Positions 21,594 through 29,274 of a stretch of DNA of 32,000 nucleotides are shown here, in pieces. The notes under the pieces are model-generated. The model saw nothing but the letters and a program-made list of their open reading frames with translations, was not told where the DNA came from and ran no database searches. This DNA comes from Clostridia bacterium. Its GTDB lineage: Bacteria; Bacillota; Clostridia; Oscillospirales; CAG-272. The translations under genes were made by a program, and so were the position numbers. The stretch's first letter is position 1, and every line of letters starts with the position of its first letter. Location of the stretch: NCBI GenBank assembly GCA_017481495.1, contig JAFUPC010000033.1:22593-54592 (forward strand). Direction: 5' to 3'.

Positions 21594-24500
21594 TTACTTC
21601 ACAAAGAAGAACATCGGGGAGGTGAGCATACCAAGGTCGCGGACACGGTATTCGTCACACCAGCGGTCAGCACCGTAGTATACGGGTGCGGGAACACCGT
21701 CTTCGATGACGACATCGCCGATGATGCCCTTACGGTCGCCGGTACGCCAGATGCCGGGGCCTGCCCACTTGTCTTCGAGATTCGTGTTGTGAACGGCGCC
21801 GAAGCAGTTATAACGGTTGCCGTTGACATTGAACACGACTTCATGCTTTCCGGCTTTGACATCCGGAACCGTGATGGTGTACGGCTCGTAAGCGATGTGA
21901 CCGAGCGCTTCGCCGTCCATTTCCACGCAGATGACAGCACCTGCATAAGTACCTGCGCGGATGACAAGCGTGCAATCCTCCGGAACATCCACTTCGGTCT
22001 TGTAAATGAGGTTTCCGCCGTAGAACGGAAGCCCCTGCATCGTGACGGACTGGAATGCGATCGTATCGGTCGGTGCGACGACGGTCTTCACACAGCCCTC
22101 CAGACGGACGTTGAATTCACCGAGCAGATAGCACCATTCGGTATTGGTCTGACGTCCGAAAGGCATGGTGACGATCAGCTCATTGTCGCCTTTTTTGAGC
22201 GGCGGGAGCGGCACGATCTTGATGGATTCGTCGGTGAAGTAGCCGGTGATGATGGGTTCCACGCCCTCACCATTCCACTCGATGGCGAGATTTTCGGCGT
22301 TTTCGATGGCAAGCGCGATCTCATCCGTTTCGTATTCGCTGGGAATGACGAAACGCAGGGTCAGCGTGTGCTCGGGAATTTCCGGCGGGAAGACCCACGG
22401 CTGAACAATGTGTCCCTGGCGCGGCGGCATACCGTTCTTTGCACGGACGATGTTATCAAGATGCAGAATTTCGTCGGCGGGGCAGAATGTTTCCATATCG
22501 TCCCACTTATATTCCGCCCAGTCCAGCAGAACCACGTTCGGTTCGGTGCGCTCATAAGGAACCTTTGCGCGGATGGTCTGCGCGGGTGCGATCTGTTTCA
22601 GAACGGTCTTCGGCAGGGAAACCGACGGAATCGCCTGCGGCAGAAGCTTTAAGAGAATGCTGTCGGAGGAGAAAATGGTGCGTTCGATGAATGTACAGCC
22701 GTTTTCGGTGACATAGGACAACGCTTCCGTCTCGCCGTTCAGCGTGTTGTAAAGGACAGGTGTGTATTCACCCTTGACGGAAATGCGGATGTGCTGGGGC
22801 TTGGTGACAAACTTGTTGTTGTTCTGGTGGAGGTGTGCCAGGAACAGCCAGTCACAGTCGTTGTCGCGGCGCATCTGGTAGATCAGATTGGAGGTCAGCG
22901 TGCCATCGCCGTTGCGGATATCAACGATACGGTCGCTCTCCACGGCACCGAGAATCGAGTTGCGGTCGTAATTTGCGTGTTCGCAGACGTCGTAAAGCAC
23001 CTTGACCTCATCGGAGGGAATGGCATCGACGAGAGTCGGGCAGGAGCCAATGAAGACGATGTGACCGCCTGCGGCATGGTACTTTTTCAGAATTTCGAGC
23101 GTGGAACGGCGCATGGTCTCCAGCTCCGGAACGAGGATCGTGTCATAGGACATGACACCGACGGGGAGCTGACTGCCGGAAATTTCGCCGACCTGTTCGG
23201 GGAGCAGGGATTCGGAGATGAAGTCGAAGTCCACAAGACCGCCGAGCATCCATTCAATCAGGGAACGGAAGTGGTTTTCCATCTGTCCACGGACGGATTC
23301 GGTCATGAACTTCGGGCCGAAATGGAGCCAGTAGCTTTCGATGGGATGGATGATACCGACATTGACCATCGGCTTGCCGCGGGTCAGCGCGGTGTTGACA
23401 CGGGCGAAATGGTCTTCCACATAGGAATATTCCTTGTACCACGGGGACTGATGACCGATGGATGCGGGATAGTCGCGCTTCGCTTCGCCCTCCATCGAGA
23501 CCCAGTACAGATGCGGGACACGGATGGTGACACCGAGTGCCGCCTGCCAGTCGCCCTGGAACTTGTGTCCGCGGAAATCGAAATCCCAGTCGGTCACGCC
23601 GTACAGCTCGGAAAGCATACCCTCACGGCCGTACTGGTGAACGGCGGACTGCGCCTGTTTTGCGGTGGAAAGCTCGACACGGTTGCAGAGCATATCAATG
23701 CCCGGCAGACCGAACTTGCGGTAGGAGCGCATGGCTTCACCGAGTGCGGAGGTCTGGGACAAGAGGGTAGGCTCTTCCATCATGTGACCGGTCATGTCGA
23801 TGCCGTGGTCGGCGCACCACTGACCGCAGTTGTCGGCAAAGGCTTCCGTGAAGCGGTCGCAGACATGGTCGTGATAATGATACCGTGCAACGGAAATCTC
23901 TCCGCCCGGCAGATCCCAGAACAGCTCGGGCAGTTTCGGGATGAGGTCGTAGCCGTATTTGTCGGAGAACGTCTTCGGCAGGTCAGGTGTCCACGGGAGC
24001 GTGACATCGCGGGTGTCGGTCGCGTAGTTGAGGGTCTGCTTACGAGAGAACTGCGGCTCGTCCGTGAAGATGGCGGGAACGATGCTGCCGAATTCATCGC
24101 CGACGGCTTCGGCATACGCATCATGTGTGGTGTGGATGAATGTGTCGATGGCATCCTTGGACAGCGTATCGACATAGGACTGCCCGTTGTACCACGGGTC
24201 GTTGCCGGCGGTCATCATGTAGGCATACCATTTGGTGCCGGCGGCGGTTTCATCAGCTCCGATGACCTTTGCGGAAGCAAGCAGACCGTTTCCGTCAAGC
24301 ACAATGTCGTATGCGGCGATCAGATACGGCGCACCGGTCGTGAATGCGGTGTCAAAATCGACCGCATTTTCGTTTGCCTTGGTCGTGAAGCGCAGATGGC
24401 GTGCGCGCCAGCGGTAGTCCTTGGTGACAAGACCGCCTGCCGCACCGGAGGGCCAGCGGTCCTCATCATAGAGCCATGCAAGCATATCTTCTTTGCGTGC

Positions 24501-24746
24501 CTTCTCGACACAGCCGCGGACACGATCCATGAATTCTTCGGTCAGATACGGCGTCGCCATACCGGTGCGAGAGTGCATATGGAAGCCGCCCATGCCCATT
24601 ACCTTCATCGCATCGATCTCGCGGTCGAGATGCTCCTGCTCCAAATGCGTATTCCACGCCCAGAACGGGGTGCAGCGGTATTCTGCGGTCGGATTCCGGA
24701 ACAGCTCCCGGTCAAGGGTTTCCGCTTTGTTCTTTTTGTAAAGCAT
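21594..24746 (-). CDS. Large cytoplasmic glycoside-hydrolase-like protein (family not assignable by eye)
   Basis: 1,050 aa, no signal peptide, AGGAGG SD. The N-terminus RCTPFWAWNTHLEQEHLDREIDAMKVMGMGGFHMHSRTG is a pattern I associate with TIM-barrel glycosidases. The C-terminal segments look like galactose-binding-like beta-sandwiches. The functional call is from memory only. Confidence 0.5.
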   Translation of the reverse strand: MLYKKNKAETLDRELFRNPTAEYRCTPFWAWNTHLEQEHLDREIDAMKVMGMGGFHMHSRTGMATPYLTEEFMDRVRGCVEKARKEDMLAWLYDEDRWPSGAAGGLVTKDYRWRARHLRFTTKANENAVDFDTAFTTGAPYLIAAYDIVLDGNGLLASAKVIGADETAAGTKWYAYMMTAGNDPWYNGQSYVDTLSKDAIDTFIHTTHDAYAEAVGDEFGSIVPAIFTDEPQFSRKQTLNYATDTRDVTLPWTPDLPKTFSDKYGYDLIPKLPELFWDLPGGEISVARYHYHDHVCDRFTEAFADNCGQWCADHGIDMTGHMMEEPTLLSQTSALGEAMRSYRKFGLPGIDMLCNRVELSTAKQAQSAVHQYGREGMLSELYGVTDWDFDFRGHKFQGDWQAALGVTIRVPHLYWVSMEGEAKRDYPASIGHQSPWYKEYSYVEDHFARVNTALTRGKPMVNVGIIHPIESYWLHFGPKFMTESVRGQMENHFRSLIEWMLGGLVDFDFISESLLPEQVGEISGSQLPVGVMSYDTILVPELETMRRSTLEILKKYHAAGGHIVFIGSCPTLVDAIPSDEVKVLYDVCEHANYDRNSILGAVESDRIVDIRNGDGTLTSNLIYQMRRDNDCDWLFLAHLHQNNNKFVTKPQHIRISVKGEYTPVLYNTLNGETEALSYVTENGCTFIERTIFSSDSILLKLLPQAIPSVSLPKTVLKQIAPAQTIRAKVPYERTEPNVVLLDWAEYKWDDMETFCPADEILHLDNIVRAKNGMPPRQGHIVQPWVFPPEIPEHTLTLRFVIPSEYETDEIALAIENAENLAIEWNGEGVEPIITGYFTDESIKIVPLPPLKKGDNELIVTMPFGRQTNTEWCYLLGEFNVRLEGCVKTVVAPTDTIAFQSVTMQGLPFYGGNLIYKTEVDVPEDCTLVIRAGTYAGAVICVEMDGEALGHIAYEPYTITVPDVKAGKHEVVFNVNGNRYNCFGAVHNTNLEDKWAGPGIWRTGDRKGIIGDVVIEDGVPAPVYYGADRWCDEYRVRDLGMLTSPMFFFVK

Positions 24747-24830
24747 ATAATTCCTCCTTTGTTTTCCAGTGGAAAATTCCGCACGGCAGAAACTTCCGTA
24801 TAACGGAAAACAACATATTTTATCAGTATT

Positions 24831-24859
24831 ATTTTATCACACTGTGCGGGATTTGTCAA
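24831..24859 (-). promoter_or_regulatory. Promoter of the GH-like gene
   Basis: On the minus strand: TTGACA (reverse complement of 24854-24859), a 17-bp spacer, then an extended -10 TGaTAAAAT (reverse complement of 24831-24839). Confidence 0.55.
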
Positions 24860-24938
24860 TAAGATTACGTCAAAACCTGTCCCTGTTTTCCTGCATGAAA
24901 AAATTTGAAGAAATATCCAAAAATATTTCGGAAATGTA

Positions 24939-24967
24939 TTGACAAAACACGGGAACCGTGATATAAT
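24939..24967 (+). promoter_or_regulatory. feoA-feoB promoter
   Basis: TTGACA at 24939-24944, a 17-bp spacer, then an extended -10 TGaTATAAT (TATAAT at 24962-24967). Confidence 0.7.
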
Positions 24968-24973
24968 ATTATC

Positions 24974-25023
24974 GGTTAGAGAGTGCTAACCAATCTTTCG
25001 GAAAACAAGTTAGCGTTTGCTAA
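24974..25023. promoter_or_regulatory. Two GTTAG(C)/(G)CTAAC palindromes at and just after the predicted feo transcription start
   Basis: GGTTAG-agagtg-CTAACC (24974-24991) and TTAGC-gttt-GCTAA (25010-25023). Confidence 0.55.
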
Positions 25024-25116
25024 TTACAGATACCGAAAAACAAATGCGTACAAAAGATACAGTGGAGACCTCCAAAACAGAAGGCTTCGCTGTGTCCGCT
25101 CCACGGAAGAAAGGAG

Positions 25117-25341
25117 ATGACGTTTGCCATGAATCTGAAAGAGGCAAAAGACGGACAGGAATATGTCATCAAAGCGATCGACACCGATGACGAAGAACTG
25201 GATGCGTTCCTGTTTTCCCTTGGCTGTTACAGCGGCGAGAAGATTACAGTTGTCTCTCATCTGAAAGGCGGTTGCGTGGTTTCCATCAAGGATGGCAGAT
25301 ACAACATCGACAATCAGCTGGCAGAGGCGATCATTGTCTGA
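25117..25341 (+). CDS. feoA: FeoA-domain ferrous iron transport protein A
   Basis: 74-aa ORF. ATG 25129 (MNLKEAKDGQEYVIKAI...) is the more likely start, because the AAGGAG SD (25111-25116) abuts ATG 25117. The sequence is a small SH3-like FeoA, and feoB lies downstream. Confidence 0.85.
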   Translation: MTFAMNLKEAKDGQEYVIKAIDTDDEELDAFLFSLGCYSGEKITVVSHLKGGCVVSIKDGRYNIDNQLAEAIIV

Positions 25342-25407
25342 TCCCCAGGCGATCATTGCATGACTCCCCATAACAAAACAATTTTCGGATTGTTTTGCTG
25401 CCCTTTG

Positions 25408-25423
25408 GTTAGCGATCGCTAAC
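25408..25423. promoter_or_regulatory. Third palindrome of the same family, between feoA and feoB
   Basis: GTTAGCGATCGCTAAC, a perfect 16-bp palindrome at 25408-25423. Confidence 0.55.
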
Positions 25424-25519
25424 TTTTGTACAAAAACAGGTAACTTCTGATCTGCCGCATCATAAAATATTTGCGGTAAGATTTTCAGGATAAGTTGAAT
25501 TTCAGGAGGATATTTCCAT

Positions 25520-27532
25520 ATGAGAATCGCATTGACCGGCAATCCCAACTCCGGCAAGACTACGATGTACAATGCGCTCACCGGCCGCAATGAAAAGGTC
25601 GGCAACTGGGCAGGTGTCACCGTAGACAAGAAAGAACACCCCATTAAAAAGGCATACTACAACGGACAAGAACAGCTGATTGCTGTTGACTTACCCGGTG
25701 CCTATTCCATGTCCCCGTTCACAAGCGAGGAAAGCATCACCAGCTCCTATGTGAAAAAGGAAAATCCCGATGTCATCATCAACATCGTGGATGCGACCAA
25801 CCTTTCCCGCAGTCTGTTCTTCACGACACAGCTCTTGGAACTCGGCGTTCCGGTCGTCGTCGCGCTGAACAAGAGCGACCTCAACAAGAAAAAGGACAAC
25901 AGAATTGATGTGGATGCACTTTCAGCAAAACTGGGGTGCCCCGTCATCAATACTACATCTACTACTGCCGATGGTCTGAAAGCGGTCGTTGAGGCTGCAG
26001 CCGCATCTGCAAACAGAACGCAGACAGCACCTTATGTTCAGGACGATATTGATCTGACGGACAAAAAGGCTGTTGAAGCGGCTGACCGTAAGCGTTTCGA
26101 TTATGTCAATGGAATTGTAAAAGAAGTTGAGACCCGTAAGACATTCACCAAAGACAAGAATATTGGTGATAAAATTGATGCTGTCCTGACCAATAAATTT
26201 CTTGGCATTCCGATTTTCGCCGTTGTCATGTTCCTTGTGTTCCAGATTTCGCAGGTTTGGATCGGTACACCGATTGCAGACTTACTCGTTGGTTGGTTGG
26301 AAAGTTTCCAGGGATGGGTAGGTGATCTGATCGCAGATGCTTCTCCGCTTCTCTCTGCAATTCTTGTTGATGGTGTCATCGGCGGTGTTGTTGCCGTTGT
26401 CGGATTCCTGCCGCTTGTCATGGTCATGTACTTCCTGCTGGCACTGCTCGAAGACTGCGGTTATATGGCGCGTGTTGCCGTTGTGCTTGACCCCATTTTC
26501 AAGAAGGTCGGTCTTTCCGGTAAATCCGTCATTCCGTTCGTCATCGGTATCGGTTGTGCCGTTCCCGGTGTCATGGCTTCCCGTACCATCCGCAATGAGC
26601 GGGAACGCAGAGCGACCGCGATGCTGACACCGTTCATGCCCTGCGGCGCAAAGATTCCCGTCATCTCCCTGTTCGCGGGTGCATTCTTTGACAATGCCGG
26701 CTGGGTCAGCTTCACGATGTATGCTGTCGGTATCATTCTGATTTTCCTCTGCGCACTCCTCATCAACCAGATCACTGGCTACAAGGCAAGAAAATCTTTC
26801 TTCATCATTGAGCTTCCCGAATATAAGATTCCGTCTCTGTGGGGCGCATTCAAGTCCATGTGCAGCCGCGGCTGGGCATACATCGTCAAAGCTGCTACCA
26901 TTATCCTCCTCTGCAACATGGTCGTTCAGCTCATGCAGACCTTTACATGGTCTCTCCAGGTTGCCGAAAACGCAAACGATTCCATTCTCGCATCCATCGG
27001 CGCACCGTTCGCATATCTGCTTGTTCCGATTGTCGGTGTGGTTTCCTGGCAGCTTGCCGCAGCGGCTATCACCGGCTTCATCGCAAAGGAAAATGTTGTC
27101 GGTACGCTTGCCGTCTGCTTTGTCGGTCTTGAAAACCTCATCGACACCGAAGAGCTTGCCCTTATGGAAGGTGCAGGCGCAGAAGCTGCAGGCATTATGG
27201 CAATCACGAAAGTTGCCGCGCTTGCTTACCTGATGTTCAACCTTTACACCCCGCCGTGCTTTGCCGCTATCGGTGCAATGAACGCCGAAATGAAGAGCGG
27301 TAAGTGGCTGTGGGCAGGCATCGGACTCCAGCTCGGTGTCGGATTTACCGTCGGTTATCTCGTTCATACTGTCGGTATCATCATTACCGGCGGTGCACTG
27401 AATGTCGGTGCGGCGGTCGCAGGTCTGATTGCGGTTGCGGTCATGGTAGTCATCGTTGCAGCAATGATCAACAACACCAACAAAAAACTCAAGGCAGAAT
27501 ATGCGCTGAAAGCCCAGGTTCAGAAAGCATAA
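25520..27532 (+). CDS. feoB: Ferrous iron transporter FeoB
   Basis: 670 aa. The N-terminal G-domain is MRIALTGNPNSGKTTMYNALTG (G1), with DLPG and NKSD motifs. A polytopic membrane domain follows. Confidence 0.95.
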   Translation: MRIALTGNPNSGKTTMYNALTGRNEKVGNWAGVTVDKKEHPIKKAYYNGQEQLIAVDLPGAYSMSPFTSEESITSSYVKKENPDVIINIVDATNLSRSLFFTTQLLELGVPVVVALNKSDLNKKKDNRIDVDALSAKLGCPVINTTSTTADGLKAVVEAAAASANRTQTAPYVQDDIDLTDKKAVEAADRKRFDYVNGIVKEVETRKTFTKDKNIGDKIDAVLTNKFLGIPIFAVVMFLVFQISQVWIGTPIADLLVGWLESFQGWVGDLIADASPLLSAILVDGVIGGVVAVVGFLPLVMVMYFLLALLEDCGYMARVAVVLDPIFKKVGLSGKSVIPFVIGIGCAVPGVMASRTIRNERERRATAMLTPFMPCGAKIPVISLFAGAFFDNAGWVSFTMYAVGIILIFLCALLINQITGYKARKSFFIIELPEYKIPSLWGAFKSMCSRGWAYIVKAATIILLCNMVVQLMQTFTWSLQVAENANDSILASIGAPFAYLLVPIVGVVSWQLAAAAITGFIAKENVVGTLAVCFVGLENLIDTEELALMEGAGAEAAGIMAITKVAALAYLMFNLYTPPCFAAIGAMNAEMKSGKWLWAGIGLQLGVGFTVGYLVHTVGIIITGGALNVGAAVAGLIAVAVMVVIVAAMINNTNKKLKAEYALKAQVQKA

Positions 27533-27586
27533 ATACCGTCCGGGAAAGGAGATCGCTTCCGGGAGACGGAAGCGGCGGATAAACTT

Positions 27587-27766
27587 ATGGTAAATGTCAT
27601 CGTCATCCTGATTCTTGTGTGCATCGTCGCCGCCATTGTCCTGTATCTGTACAGGGTCAAAAAACGCGGGGAACACTGCGTCGGCTGTCCTTATGCAAAG
27701 CAGTGTGCAAGCCACAGCGGCACGGGATGCGGCGGCTGCCATAATACCGGACATCAGAATCAGTAA
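27587..27766 (+). CDS. FeoB-associated Cys-rich small membrane protein (59 aa; below the ORF-track cutoff)
   Basis: My own translation is MVNVIVILILVCIVAAIVLYLYRVKKRGEHCVGCPYAKQCASHSGTGCGGCHNTGHQNQ. It has one TM helix, a basic stretch and a Cys-rich tail, immediately after feoB. This matches the FeoB-associated Cys-rich protein family as I recall it. The SD is weak. Confidence 0.65.
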   Translation: MVNVIVILILVCIVAAIVLYLYRVKKRGEHCVGCPYAKQCASHSGTGCGGCHNTGHQNQ

Positions 27767-27770
27767 TCAG

Positions 27771-27807
27771 AAAGGGATGCGTACTTCCATGTCCGCATCC
27801 TTTTTTT
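27771..27807 (+). terminator. Intrinsic terminator after the feo operon
   Basis: GGATGCG (27775-27781) pairs with CGCATCC (27794-27800), followed by TTTTTTT (27801-27807). Confidence 0.7.
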
Positions 27808-27854
27808 CAGTACAGATTTTCTATGATATATATGATAGAAAGGAAGGATTTCAA

Positions 27855-28220
27855 ATGACAAATATCATCATCGTCATTGTCATCGCTCTTGTGCTCGTGC
27901 TTGCCGGCCGGCATACCGTGCGGCATTTCAAAGGTCGGAGCGGTTGCTGCGGCGGGGGCGATTATAAACCTCGCAAAAAGAAATTGAAGCACGTTCATTA
28001 CCGGAAAACCTTCCGGGTCGAGGGGATGCACTGCGAGCATTGTAAAAACCGTGTTGAGGAAATCATCAACGATATTCCGGGAACTGCCGGACAAGTGAAT
28101 CTGAAAAAAGGAGAATTGACGGTACTGTATGCCGAGGAGGTCGATGATGGACTGCTTGCGGAACGGCTGAGGAGAGCGGGGTACACCCTTGCCGGAATTG
28201 TGGGATCGGATGACACATGA
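27855..28220 (+). CDS. Fusion protein: an N-terminal TM helix plus Cys-rich stretch (FeoB-associated-like), fused to a heavy-metal-associated (HMA) domain
   Basis: 121 aa from ATG 27855, with a GGAAGGA SD. The track ORF from 27615 is an out-of-context extension. The sequence begins MTNIIIVIVIALVLVLAGRHTVRHFKGRSGCCGGGDYKPRKKK, then FRVEGMHCEHCKNRVEEII (the GMxCxxC HMA motif). Confidence 0.75.
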   Translation: MTNIIIVIVIALVLVLAGRHTVRHFKGRSGCCGGGDYKPRKKKLKHVHYRKTFRVEGMHCEHCKNRVEEIINDIPGTAGQVNLKKGELTVLYAEEVDDGLLAERLRRAGYTLAGIVGSDDT

Positions 28221-28645
28221 ATAACGCAGAAACCCCGAAAACAAACGGACTCCATCCAGCATCGGATGACCGAAACGAGGAAACACAGGTGCAGAGAAGT
28301 ATCAGTACCCAGCTTCACATCCGGCTGGCGGAGGATGTGTGCGCGTACTTGGATGCGCATCCGTCCGAAAAAATCACACTGGAACAACTCACGCGCATTT
28401 TCCATATCTCCGCAACAACGCTGAAAAGCAGTTTCAAAGCCGTTTACGGTGTGTCTGTTTCCCATTTTGTCCGGAAACGGAAAATGCAGGAAGCGGCAAA
28501 GATGCTCTCCGAAACGGAGGAAACCGTTCTTACAATCGCCGGACGGTTCGGATACGAAAATGCGAGTAAATTTTCCGCCGCATTTCGCGCCGTGATGGGC
28601 GTTTCTCCGACGGAATACCGGAAAAAACGGGAGGAAAACGGATGA
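28217..28645 (+). CDS. AraC-family HTH protein (DNA-binding domain only)
   Basis: 142 aa. The ATGA start/stop overlaps the previous gene. ITLEQLTRIFHISATTLKSSFKAVYGVSVSHFVRKRKMQEAAKMLSETEETVLTIAGRFGYENASKFSAAFRAVMGVSPTEYR is a dual-HTH AraC/XylS C-terminal domain. Confidence 0.85.
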   Translation: MNNAETPKTNGLHPASDDRNEETQVQRSISTQLHIRLAEDVCAYLDAHPSEKITLEQLTRIFHISATTLKSSFKAVYGVSVSHFVRKRKMQEAAKMLSETEETVLTIAGRFGYENASKFSAAFRAVMGVSPTEYRKKREENG

Positions 28646-28921
28646 TTTACAAAAAAAGTCTGAATGGAGCAGACAAAAGAGAAAAAAACGTGTATAATTA
28701 TAAGATAAAATCAGTCGTGAGGTGAAACGTCTGAAAAAATTTCAAGACGTGTTTTGTGACTTTCGCCACAATTCCACATAAGAAAGGAAATAACTTTCGC
28801 TGTACGAAAGTTATGATCATAACTATGAAAAATCACAAGCTGTTTGCGTGGCTGACGGTGCTGTTCTTTTTATTGACCATCATCACCGGTTACGAAAAGA
28901 AATAATAGGAGGAAGATTACA

Positions 28922-29206
28922 ATGATTTTAGGAAATCTTGCCATTTTTGCAGGCGGCGTCCTGTTTGGGACGGCAGGCATCAGACTTCTGGGAAGCAAAG
29001 ATGCAAAGAAGGTCTACGCGCATACCGCAGCTGCGGCTCTCCGCGTGAAAGATACCGTTATGACGACGGTGACAAACATCCGTGAAAACGCAGACGACAT
29101 CATGGCAGATGCAAAAGCCATCAACGATGCGCGTGCAGTACAGGAAGAAATCGTGGAAGACTGCTCCGGGGATACCTGCAGCGAAGAAAAGAACGACGAA
29201 GAATAA
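28922..29206 (+). CDS. Small N-terminally membrane-anchored protein with an acidic C-terminal tail carrying two Cys (unknown function), first gene of the ATPase operon
   Basis: 94 aa with a strong SD, AGGAGGAAG. The N-terminus MILGNLAIFAGGVLFGTAGIRLLG is the TM. A helical region follows, then EEIVEDCSGDTCSEEKNDEE. Confidence 0.55.
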   Translation: MILGNLAIFAGGVLFGTAGIRLLGSKDAKKVYAHTAAAALRVKDTVMTTVTNIRENADDIMADAKAINDARAVQEEIVEDCSGDTCSEEKNDEE

Positions 29207-29274
29207 ATGTGTTTCCAAAGCAAGAGCTGCCCGCTTCTGTCCGGCGGCTTTTGTTTAATTTCGGAGGTATCGGT

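Noticed and set aside
21441-24803. Plus-strand ORFs 21441-22652 and 22791-24803 opposite the GH-like gene
   Set aside because: They are antisense shadow ORFs rich in Gly/Val/Asp/Arg, with no SD. The minus-strand 1,050-aa ORF has an SD and coherent domain-like sequence.
26282-27754. 490-aa minus-strand ORF opposite feoB
   Set aside because: It is antisense to an unambiguous FeoB and has no motifs.
27615-27854. Upstream extension of the HMA-fusion ORF
   Set aside because: The extension overlaps, in another frame, the 59-aa FeoB-associated peptide gene and the terminator. The ATG at 27855 has a good SD.
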